A stretch of DNA of 64,000 nt from Eubacteriales bacterium (GTDB lineage: Bacteria; Bacillota; Clostridia; Oscillospirales; CAG-272): the NCBI GenBank assembly GCA_045644325.1, contig JAZRGT010000031.1, positions 3,952 to 67,951 on the forward strand, read 5' to 3'. Each line of letters starts with the position of its first letter. The first letter of the stretch is position 1. Made by a program: the position numbers and the translations under genes. Below the pieces are notes generated by a model. The model did not search any database, was not told the DNA's origin, and saw nothing but the letters and a program-made list of their open reading frames with translations. Below, piece after piece: positions 1-7,591 of this stretch.

Positions 1-270
1 GCTGTTATAACGCTTGGACGATTTGGATTCGCAGACAACGTAGCCGTTTGTCTCAAGATAGTCAACGGCTCGGGATATCGTCGCCTTATCCTCCTCGCAA
101 CGCTCACAAAGCTCGGTTGCCGTTAACGACTCCGAGAGATACAGATAATAAAGGCAAGAAACGTGCGTGCTGCGAAGCTCATATTCAGACATCTCCTGAT
201 TTTTGAGCTTTTTGATATTTCGGCTGATCTTGACAATCAAAACAGTAAAGGTTTCAAAACGTTCTTTCAT
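1..270 (-). CDS. MarR-family transcriptional regulator (N-terminal part; the gene runs off the window start and is absent from the ORF track)
   Basis: Minus-strand ATG at 270 opens MKERFETFTVLIVKISRNIKKLKNQEMSEYELRSTHVSCLYYLYLSESLTATELCERCEEDKATISRAVDYLETNGYVVCE..., a typical MarR winged-helix pattern. No stop occurs before position 1. Confidence 0.8.
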   Translation of the reverse strand, partial: MKERFETFTVLIVKISRNIKKLKNQEMSEYELRSTHVSCLYYLYLSESLTATELCERCEEDKATISRAVDYLETNGYVVCESKSSKRYNS

Positions 271-286
271 AATCGACTCCTTTCGA

Positions 287-347
287 CTTGTTGAAGTTTC
301 AACAAGCCTGCTATAGTATACCACAAACTTGTTGAAATGTCAACAAG
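287..347. promoter_or_regulatory. Two palindromic operator-like sites upstream of the MarR gene
   Basis: CTTGTTGAA-gt-TTCAACAAG at 287-306 and CTTGTTGA-aatg-TCAACAAG at 328-347, directly upstream of the MarR start. Confidence 0.55.
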
Positions 348-393
348 TTTTATAAAATTGCTCTACTATTATTTTGTAAACTTTTTGGCAGAG

Positions 394-425
394 AGAAAAA
401 AAGGAGATAGCCATTGGCTATCTCC
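394..425 (-). terminator. Rho-independent terminator of the CARF-nuclease gene
   Basis: Stem GGAGATAGCC/GGCTATCTCC at 403-425 with a 3-nt loop. A plus-strand A-run at 396-402 gives a T-run on the minus strand, about 40 nt past the stop at 468. Confidence 0.7.
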
Positions 426-467
426 TGCTCCGCGAGTCTTATTCGTAAATTTCCGTAGCTTACTATG

Positions 468-1727
468 TTATCGCGCACCTATTCCGCTGAGTCCACGAAG
501 GAGGCGGGCGAGCGGAGCTTCTCTTTTTTCATGAGCCTGTTCAATTCTCTTTATACCCATTTCATCCATTCTTTCACGAAGGGTGTCGGGATCACTGCAG
601 GCATGCTCCATATCCGAAGTTACAAGCACCTTTTTTACGATCTCTCTACCAAAGAGTTCAGCAACCGTATTGAATTTATAGAGCTCCTCGCTGTCGAAAG
701 TTCCGTTTTTGCAGGAAATGAATACAGGCACAGCACCATACATTGCAACGATGTCGACTTCGTTTACAGACCTGTTTTCTTCAGCATCTCTGTCGCTCTC
801 GGGATCCCAGTCAATAACCACGCCGACGCGAATATCGTTAAAGGCACGATAACCATCTTCGTTGATTGCCGCAAGCGCAAAAGCCACTCTCAACTCGAGA
901 AGTTGACCTGCCTTAGTCATTATACGCTTGACTCTTTGATTGCTGAATTTAAAGGAAACGGTTCCGCTTCTCAGACTGTAATACTCAATAATTCCTCTCT
1001 CGTTGAGGTTTTTCATAATATCGTGACTAAACAGATATCTGCCTACTCTTGCCGAGGTCGATGCGTCAAGATCGCAAAGTCTGAATGAGACAGAAAGCGA
1101 ATCCGGATCCATCATCTCCGAGCAAGCCTCGCCGATGCAGCTCATAGTCATATTCCAAGACGCGGGATGGAACTGCCCGTCCGCAGTTCTCGAAGCCTCC
1201 CACATTTCTTCAACGTCACGGTGAAGCTCCTCATCGAGCACCCATGGCTCTTGATAATATCTGTCGTAAGGGTTGTCCACTATCTTGCCGCCGTGCAATG
1301 CAATAAGATCGTCTACCGAAACATTAAAGCTTTCAATATCGCAAACTCTGCCGTCATCATCGCAGTCGATCAGCTTCTTTTTATTAAAATCAAAATAATG
1401 ACATTGCACCTTGTGGGTCGCCATTATCGAGCCCACAGCCACTAGATAAAGATCCTCTCCGCCCGTCAGGTCGAAAACACAATCATCATATTGCTTTACT
1501 ATTTCCTCAAGCACGCCGATTATTTCACGGACGTTATTTCTATCCGCATTCATTGCAATAAGCTCGACCGTTTTTTCTCGTTTTTCTATCAAAGGACGCA
1601 AAAATTTAAAACTTTCGCGAATCGGCTTGGTATCGTGTCCGACCGTGATAACTCGATCCGGGTTGCAAAGCAGAGCATTTGCCACATTCTTAATAACCGA
1701 TCGGTCAAAGAATTCAACGACTGTCAT
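468..1727 (-). CDS. Card1/Can2-like CARF-domain PD-(D/E)xK nuclease (DUF1887-type)
   Basis: An ATG at 1727 lies 7 nt after GGAGG; the track ORF extends to a TTG at 1742. The N-terminal Rossmann-like region carries DLTGGEDLY. The C-terminus carries GQLLELRV...NEVDIVAMYGAVPVFISCKNG, the E..D-E-x-K pattern of Card1-like endonuclease domains. Confidence 0.65.
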   Translation of the reverse strand: MTVVEFFDRSVIKNVANALLCNPDRVITVGHDTKPIRESFKFLRPLIEKREKTVELIAMNADRNNVREIIGVLEEIVKQYDDCVFDLTGGEDLYLVAVGSIMATHKVQCHYFDFNKKKLIDCDDDGRVCDIESFNVSVDDLIALHGGKIVDNPYDRYYQEPWVLDEELHRDVEEMWEASRTADGQFHPASWNMTMSCIGEACSEMMDPDSLSVSFRLCDLDASTSARVGRYLFSHDIMKNLNERGIIEYYSLRSGTVSFKFSNQRVKRIMTKAGQLLELRVAFALAAINEDGYRAFNDIRVGVVIDWDPESDRDAEENRSVNEVDIVAMYGAVPVFISCKNGTFDSEELYKFNTVAELFGREIVKKVLVTSDMEHACSDPDTLRERMDEMGIKRIEQAHEKREAPLARLLRGLSGIGAR

Positions 1728-1895
1728 ATGACCACCTCCCAAGTTTTTAAAAAATTCGACAAAATCATTATAACATAATAATCCTTTATTGTCAACAAAA
1801 ATCGTGCATCGGCACGATTATTTGGTTTATTTGGCAATAAAAACATCCCCCGACACATATTCCGTGCATCGGAGGATTAAATAATCGATACAGTC

Positions 1896-3578
1896 TTAAC
1901 TCTGAAAAACGTCGTTTTTCCACTGTCCTTCAAAGACCGTGCCGTATGGGTTGATATATTTTCCGTAGCCGTGGCGTTTGTTGTCAAGCCATTCGCCCTC
2001 GTAGGATGAGCCGTCGTACCAATCCATCCTTCCGTAGCCCGTACGGATGCCGTTTTCCCACGCGCCGACGTAAATGCTTCCCGTATCGTATTTGTACGTG
2101 CCCTCTCCGTGGCGTTTGCCGTCGAGCCAGCTGCCGCTATATACGCTTCCGCTGACATAATACATAGTTCCTTGGCCCGTGCGAACGCTGTCTACGAAAT
2201 CGCCCTCGTAAACGTCGCCGCTTTTCCATATGTATTTACCGTAACCGGTGCGCGTGCCTTCAACGAAGTCGCCGATATATTTATCGCCTGCCGCCCAGGT
2301 ATAAGTACCCTTGCCCGTGCGCTCGCCCTTCAGCCAATCGCCCTCGTAGACGTTGCCGCTCGTCCAGGTATATTTGCCCGCGCCGTGGCGGTCGCCGTTG
2401 ACGAAAACACCCTCGTAAACATCGCCCGAGGTGTAGACAATCTTGCCAACGCCGTTCGGAATGCCACGCTCGAGATATCCCGTGTAAGTACCGTATGAAA
2501 GCGCGTAATTCGTCACGTTGCCAGTAACATTCTGCTTTTTCTGCTCTTGATCGAGATACTCGGACGTTAAATGACGTGTTTCATCAAGAAAAGCATGCGC
2601 ATTTGCGTCAAGCTCCTCGTCCCAGCCGATCAGATACGCGGTCAGCGCATCGACCTCAGCACCGTTGCCCATCAGGCTTCCGTCCAGATACTTATCCGCA
2701 AGCCGGACTACCTCATCGGGATAATAGAAGTCACGCGCGCCGTAAAGGTGACAGAGCTCGTGGCGGAAGGAGTCGTTACTGGAGGAAAAGAGAGTGACAC
2801 GCTCGCTTTGCGTACCGGTTGTCCAGCTCGCATAGGCTCTGCCCGGCTTATTGATCGCAAAAACGATGGGATTCGAATCTCCGCCGTATATGTCTTGGAG
2901 CGTCTTTTGCGCGCTCTTAAGATTTTTAAGACCGAGCGCGGAAAGCGCAGCCTCCTGCCAATCGTCATCGGTATTTGCGGTATCTACCAACACCGCGATA
3001 TCGACGACCGTATAGGAAAACGTGACATCAAGCGTCTTTCCGTATTTTTTCGCATCGGATTCAAGCGACTTTTCCTGACTCGCGAGTGATACCTGAAGCT
3101 CGCTCTTTGCCTTTGCATCCCAAGCCGACACGGTATCATTGACCAAGAAAACGTGTACGTTGACGCGACCGAGAAGCTCGGGGCAGTTTCCGCTGTCCTT
3201 TGCGATAAGATAAACGTGATCGGCAAATTCCGCGGGCGGCTCGGTAACCTCGGGCGCAGCCGTCGTTTCGGGAGCGCGTGTGGTTTCGGGAGCCCGAGTC
3301 GTTTCGGTGGAACGCGTTGTTTCCCCATCGGTTTCGGGAGAAACCGTCGTTTCGGGTGTGTTGACAGTAGCATCGGTCTCCTGTGCAGTCTCGGGGGAGG
3401 AGGTCGTTTCATCTATAGAATAGGTGGGCGTTGGCAGCTCGGTTCTCGCCGAGGTGCGCGGTGCCGTGTAATCCGAAAGGAAGGATTCAACGAAGAAGTC
3501 GCAGGATGAAAGTGCGCCGGCTGCGCAGAGCAGCGATAGCATCAGCGCAGCGATTCGCAATATATTTTCAGATTTCAT
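1896..3578 (-). CDS. Secreted lipoprotein with an HExxH metalloprotease-like core and about eight C-terminal MORN repeats
   Basis: Signal peptide and lipobox (LLCAAGALSSC), then a T/P/E-rich linker. An HELCH motif sits in FRHELCHLYGARDFYYP. A 23-aa periodic YxGxWxxGxxxGxG pattern follows (YEGDWLKGERTGKGTY...). The start overlaps the upstream stop (TAATG). Confidence 0.65.
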   Translation of the reverse strand: MKSENILRIAALMLSLLCAAGALSSCDFFVESFLSDYTAPRTSARTELPTPTYSIDETTSSPETAQETDATVNTPETTVSPETDGETTRSTETTRAPETTRAPETTAAPEVTEPPAEFADHVYLIAKDSGNCPELLGRVNVHVFLVNDTVSAWDAKAKSELQVSLASQEKSLESDAKKYGKTLDVTFSYTVVDIAVLVDTANTDDDWQEAALSALGLKNLKSAQKTLQDIYGGDSNPIVFAINKPGRAYASWTTGTQSERVTLFSSSNDSFRHELCHLYGARDFYYPDEVVRLADKYLDGSLMGNGAEVDALTAYLIGWDEELDANAHAFLDETRHLTSEYLDQEQKKQNVTGNVTNYALSYGTYTGYLERGIPNGVGKIVYTSGDVYEGVFVNGDRHGAGKYTWTSGNVYEGDWLKGERTGKGTYTWAAGDKYIGDFVEGTRTGYGKYIWKSGDVYEGDFVDSVRTGQGTMYYVSGSVYSGSWLDGKRHGEGTYKYDTGSIYVGAWENGIRTGYGRMDWYDGSSYEGEWLDNKRHGYGKYINPYGTVFEGQWKNDVFQS

Positions 3579-4366
3579 TATTCCTCAACAGTAGCCTTAA
3601 GAATATCGCCAATTCCGTTGAAAATATACTTCGGACGGTAGGGGAAGTTGCCGATATCCTCGCGCGCGGTTACGCCCGTGAGAACAAGGATGGTGTCAAC
3701 ATTCGACTCGATGCCCGCAATAATGTCGGTATCCATTCTGTCGCCGATGAAGGCGATATCCTCGGAGTGACAGCCGAGACGCTTGAGTCCGTGGCGGATC
3801 ATTACGGGGTTGGGCTTGCCGACGAAGTACGCCTTCTTACCCGTCGCGATCTCGATGGGAGCAACGAGAGAGCCGGTCGCGGGCATAATTCCGCGATCGG
3901 TCACGCCGACGGTGTCGGGGTTGGTGCCGATGAGCTTCGCGCCCGCGTTGACGAGTGCGATAGCCTTCTCTATCTTTTCAAAGCAGTAGGTGCGTGTCTC
4001 GCCGACAACAACGTAATCGGGATTAACGTCGTTCATATAGATGCCCTGATCGTACATCGCCTTCGAAAGCGAAGCCTCGCCGATAACGTAAGCGGTACAT
4101 CCGGGCGCCTGGCTGTGGAGAAATTCCGCAGTTGCCATCGCGCTGGTGTAGAAATGGTCGGGCGTGACCGAAAGTCCCATTCTCTCGAGCTTCATCGAAA
4201 GCTCGTGGGGAGTTCTTTCGGGCGAGTTGGTCAGAAATACGAACTTTTTGCCGTTATCGAGCATCCAGTTGACGAATTCGCGAACACCGTCGAGGATCTT
4301 ATCTCCGTGGTAGGTAACTCCGTCCATATCGCAGATAAATCCCTGCTTTTCCAAAATGTTTTTCAT
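3578..4366 (-). CDS. HAD-IIA family sugar/nucleotide phosphatase (NagD-like)
   Basis: DMDGV catalytic motif (FICDMDGVTYHG), LTNSPERTP, and GDRMDTDI, with a GGGAGA ribosome-binding site. Confidence 0.8.
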   Translation of the reverse strand: MKNILEKQGFICDMDGVTYHGDKILDGVREFVNWMLDNGKKFVFLTNSPERTPHELSMKLERMGLSVTPDHFYTSAMATAEFLHSQAPGCTAYVIGEASLSKAMYDQGIYMNDVNPDYVVVGETRTYCFEKIEKAIALVNAGAKLIGTNPDTVGVTDRGIMPATGSLVAPIEIATGKKAYFVGKPNPVMIRHGLKRLGCHSEDIAFIGDRMDTDIIAGIESNVDTILVLTGVTAREDIGNFPYRPKYIFNGIGDILKATVEE

Positions 4367-4412
4367 AGTTTTCTCCCTAATTTTATTGTTTTATAAATAT
4401 TTTAATTCAATC

Positions 4413-4575
4413 CGTTTTTTCGGGGGCTTTGCCTCCGAAAAAACACCGCTAAGACGAGCCGGGGCGAGTCCGCGCGCCGAGGGGAGCTGTCAAAATCTTT
4501 GATTTTGACAAGCGGCGATAAGCGCGCGAATCCCCGCCGAGCAGTTTTCAATTGTAAAACGCAGTTTTACAATTG
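4413..4575 (+). repeat. MITE-like palindromic intergenic repeat, copy 1 (full length)
   Basis: About 165 nt with three internal hairpins: TTTTTTCGGGGG..CCTCCGAAAAAA, GTCAAAATC..GATTTTGAC, and CAATTGTAAAAC..GTTTTACAATTG. It is near-identical in reverse complement to 44717-44882 and partly to 19504-19578. Confidence 0.8.
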
Positions 4576-5397
4576 AGTAATCAGTGAAATGCCGTACAAA
4601 AGTGTTTCGTAGTCAAGCGCGCCCTCGCCGTAAGCGACGAGATTGCCGCGCGCGCTGATAAAGAATGTGGTCGGGATCGACTGTACCCAATAAGTGTAAG
4701 CCGCCTCGTCAGTCAGATCGAAGTAAACGGGGAACGAGTATCCCATCGAATCGATGAAGGCGGATGCCGACTGCATCGTTTCGACCTCACCGTCGGTCAG
4801 ATTGACGAGCATAAATACCACCTCGTCGCCGAGCAGACGGTAGACCTCGTCAAAATCGGGCATCTCCGATCGGCACGGACCGCACCAGCTCGCCCAGAAA
4901 TTCAGAACGATCGGTTTGCCGAACATATCCGAAAGACGCACGGGTTGACCGTTTCGATCGTAAACCGTAAAATCGGGCGCGGGATTTACTTCCTCTTCAG
5001 GCTCGGGTTCGGTTGTGGCTTCGGGTTCTGCCGTAGTTTCGGGTTCGGGAACCGTTGTGACCTCGGGTTCTGCCGTAGTCTCGGGTTCGGGTACCGTTGT
5101 GACCTCGGGTTCAGCCGTAGTCTCGGGCTCGGGTACCGTTGTCACCTCGGGTTCTGCCGTGGTTGTCGGAGTCAAAGTGATTACCGTCATTCCGCCAAGG
5201 TCGATCGGGGGTGCTGTGGTTTCTTCCGCCGCCGTGGTGACTTCTTCGGTCCCGGTTGTATTTTCCTGTGTAATAACTTCGGTGTTAAGCGTTTCTATAT
5301 ATTCCGTCGTTATTTCTCCGCTCTCGTTGATGCAAGAGGTAAAGGAAAAGAGGAGAAACAGAGCGAGAAATAAAGAGAAAGATCTGATCTTTTTCAT
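4567..5397 (-). CDS. TlpA/ResA-like thiol-disulfide oxidoreductase lipoprotein with a repetitive linker
   Basis: Lipobox FTSC and thioredoxin motif WASWCGPCRSEMP. The 14-aa linker unit TTAEPEVTTVPEPE repeats. A GGAGG ribosome-binding site is present. Confidence 0.85.
   Translation of the reverse strand: MKKIRSFSLFLALFLLFSFTSCINESGEITTEYIETLNTEVITQENTTGTEEVTTAAEETTAPPIDLGGMTVITLTPTTTAEPEVTTVPEPETTAEPEVTTVPEPETTAEPEVTTVPEPETTAEPEATTEPEPEEEVNPAPDFTVYDRNGQPVRLSDMFGKPIVLNFWASWCGPCRSEMPDFDEVYRLLGDEVVFMLVNLTDGEVETMQSASAFIDSMGYSFPVYFDLTDEAAYTYWVQSIPTTFFISARGNLVAYGEGALDYETLLYGISLITQL
5003..5163. repeat. In-frame 42-bp tandem repeat (about 3.5 units) inside the TlpA-like gene
   Basis: The unit ctcgggttctgccgtagtctcgggttcgggtaccgttgtgac repeats with few substitutions and encodes TTAEPEVTTVPEPE on the minus strand. 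Confidence 0.85.
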
Positions 5398-5421
5398 AAT
5401 ATACCTCCAAAATATTTAATT

Positions 5422-5991
5422 TTACTGAATTTCCGCGTAGATCATCGAGATTCCGCGCAGAAGCGTGTCGCCCGACATCGAGCCCTCGTAGTAGGCTACG
5501 ACATATCCCTCGGCGTCGATAAAGAAGGTGGTCGGGATCGACTGGATGCCGTAGGTGTAAGCCGCCTCGGACGTGGTATCGAAATAAACGGGGAAGGTGT
5601 AGCCCATCGAGCTGATGAAGGACTTTGCCGAGTCAAGCGTTTCGCTTTGACCGTCGGTGAGATTGACCATCATAAACGCTACCTTGCCCTCATACTGCTT
5701 CGCGACCTCGTCAAAATCGGGCATTTCAGCCTTGCAGGGCGGGCACCAGCTTGCCCAGAAGTTGAGCACCACGGGCATCCCCTTCATATCCGAAAGCTTT
5801 ACGGGATTTCCGTCCTTATCGTAGACGGTAAAATCGTAAGCCGCAACGCGCTCGGCATCCTCCTCGGTGTGGGTATGATCGGGGGCGGCGGTAGTTTGGG
5901 CGGGATCGGTCGCCTCGCCCTCACCTTTGCACGATGCAAACGAGACGATCAAAAGGATCGCAAGGAGCAGGCTGAATAATTTTTTCTTCAT
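5422..5991 (-). CDS. TlpA/ResA-like thiol-disulfide oxidoreductase lipoprotein (tandem paralog)
   Basis: Lipobox FASC and WASWCPPCKAEMP. The C-terminal half is colinear with 4567..5397. Confidence 0.85.
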   Translation of the reverse strand: MKKKLFSLLLAILLIVSFASCKGEGEATDPAQTTAAPDHTHTEEDAERVAAYDFTVYDKDGNPVKLSDMKGMPVVLNFWASWCPPCKAEMPDFDEVAKQYEGKVAFMMVNLTDGQSETLDSAKSFISSMGYTFPVYFDTTSEAAYTYGIQSIPTTFFIDAEGYVVAYYEGSMSGDTLLRGISMIYAEIQ

Positions 5992-5996
5992 TATTA

Positions 5997-6635
5997 TTAA
6001 AGTGCCTCCAGAAGTGCCTCGTATCTCGTCAGGAGGAAATCGTATCCCTCATCCGAGAAGTGGCGGTTCGATTTGCCGTCAAGAACGCATCCCTCATCGA
6101 TCCACTCGCACTGCGCGGGATTGTAGAATGAGAAGCCCGCCTGACGGTAATTATCGAAGCAGGGCATACCCCAACGCGCGCAAACCGCGAGCATCGCATC
6201 AACGTAGTCGATATCCGAAAGTCCCTCGGCGTTCTTCGATCTCCAACGGTCATAGTTGGTGAGGAAGAGGAACTTTGCCTTCGGGTACTTTGCAGTAAGT
6301 CCAAGAATGAGATTGTTGAGCGCACCGCAGAAGGTCGCGCTGTCCTCCGAATCGACCTCGCCGAGCGGGATCGAGAGACGCTTATCGTTCGCGCCGCCGA
6401 GAACAACAACGTAATCCGCGCCGTCCTCCATATCCTTATAGCGAACGACCATCGGTACCTTGTTCGGCTCTGCCGTCTGAAGTGCAACGGTGCCGCCGTT
6501 GAGACCGTGGTTATAGACGGTCATATTGTGCTTTTTGCCGAGCTTGTTGACCCAGGTGATATGATTGCCGTGCTTCGAGCCGTAGATGAGAGAGTCGCCG
6601 ATAGCAACGAGTGTTTTTCCTGTGAGATTAGACAT
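5997..6635 (-). CDS. SGNH/GDSL-family hydrolase
   Basis: Block I LVAIGDSLIYGS, block III VVLGGANDK, and a C-terminal acid/His region. Confidence 0.75.
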   Translation of the reverse strand: MSNLTGKTLVAIGDSLIYGSKHGNHITWVNKLGKKHNMTVYNHGLNGGTVALQTAEPNKVPMVVRYKDMEDGADYVVVLGGANDKRLSIPLGEVDSEDSATFCGALNNLILGLTAKYPKAKFLFLTNYDRWRSKNAEGLSDIDYVDAMLAVCARWGMPCFDNYRQAGFSFYNPAQCEWIDEGCVLDGKSNRHFSDEGYDFLLTRYEALLEAL

Positions 6636-6672
6636 TTAATTGTCCTCCGTTTTTACATATTTATACATGCTA

Positions 6673-6701
6673 ATTATACCACCAACAGCGCACTTTGTCA
6701 A
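6673..6701 (-). promoter_or_regulatory. Consensus sigma-70-type promoter for the SGNH/TlpA gene string
   Basis: The minus strand reads TTGACA-17 nt-TATAAT. On the plus strand this is ATTATA at 6673-6678 and TGTCAA at 6696-6701. Confidence 0.65.
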
Positions 6702-6885
6702 TGATATTTCTTACATTTATATTATATCATTATTATTACCGTTTTCGGGAACGAGGACACGAAAAAATCAAGGTCGGCTTGTGCCAAAGTTAAGAGCTCG
6801 CCACGCGCGAGTTAAGGTTCGCCCGAGGAGAAGTTGAGGCGACTGTTTGACGGAGGCAAGTGCAATATAACGAGGCACAAATTTT

Positions 6886-7146
6886 TTAGTCGTAAAAAAA
6901 GAATTCAAATGATTTTGCATATCGTTTGCATCTTGCTATTATCGCAGGTCGTTTCTTGGTTTTTCGTGAACAAAGGGCGGTGACAAAATCAGCATTTCGG
7001 ATAATCTCGTCCAGGTTAGTATCATATATGACCTCAACCGAGGGAGAGGAAAGTCCCTGAATATTAGTCATAACTCGGGTGCAATTTTTGGGTATGTATT
7101 TGTCGGCATTTGTAATCTTTCGGGTGGCAATCAAGGCAAGTTTCAT
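6886..7146 (-). CDS. Hypothetical 86-aa protein (paralog of 62068..62328)
   Basis: MKLALIATRK...RCKRYAKSFEFFFYD is roughly 60% identical by eye to the 62-kb copy. I recognise no family. Confidence 0.6.
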   Translation of the reverse strand: MKLALIATRKITNADKYIPKNCTRVMTNIQGLSSPSVEVIYDTNLDEIIRNADFVTALCSRKTKKRPAIIARCKRYAKSFEFFFYD

Positions 7147-7169
7147 TTATTTTTCTCTATTCTTAATTT

Positions 7170-7192
7170 AGTATACTTAAATCAAGTATACT
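7170..7192. promoter_or_regulatory. Two AGTATACT palindromes in the divergent region between the 86-aa gene and the RHH gene
   Basis: AGTATACT occurs at 7170-7177 and 7185-7192. The same octamer occurs at 62034-62041, upstream of the paralog. Confidence 0.5.
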
Positions 7193-7257
7193 TACAACAT
7201 TATAACATAAAAATATCTTAAAATATACTTAAAATAAGATATTTTTGGAGAATAAAA

Positions 7258-7446
7258 ATGAGAAATAAAAAGAACAAGCATCTCGGACTTGAGATCGACC
7301 CCGAACTGCACTTCAAGCTGCACTACATTTCCAAATACGAAGGCCGCTCCGCGAACGGTCAGGTTCTCTATCTTATCCGCAATTGCATCAAGGATTTTGA
7401 AAGACGAGAGGGCGTTATCGAGATTCCCGAGGAAACCGAAGATTAA
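7258..7446 (+). CDS. Ribbon-helix-helix (CopG/Arc-like) DNA-binding protein
   Basis: The 62-aa product shows a strand-helix-helix pattern: HLGLEIDPELHFKLHYISKYEGRSANGQVLYLIRNCIKDFE. A GGAG ribosome-binding site is present. Confidence 0.6.
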   Translation: MRNKKNKHLGLEIDPELHFKLHYISKYEGRSANGQVLYLIRNCIKDFERREGVIEIPEETED

Positions 7447-7591
7447 CAGAAATTTTCCCCACCCTCTTGCAATTTGGAAAAATTTGTGTTATAATAAAAT
7501 TGGTAAAATATAAAGCTTTTCGCGAAGCGAAAAGCTACCTTAACTCTGCACTCTGCATTCTGCACTCTGCACTTTTTCGGAGGATCCGTCT

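Noticed and set aside
465-1088. 207-aa plus-strand ORF overlapping the CARF-nuclease gene
   Set aside because: It lies entirely antisense to a longer ORF that has recognisable CARF/PD-(D/E)xK motifs and a GGAGG ribosome-binding site. It has no ribosome-binding site and a low-complexity product.
6886-7446. RHH plus 86-aa gene as a toxin-antitoxin pair
   Set aside because: The genes are divergent rather than co-transcribed. The 86-aa protein has no toxin motif I recognise, and its paralog at 62 kb has no RHH partner. I therefore report it only as a regulator-target hypothesis.
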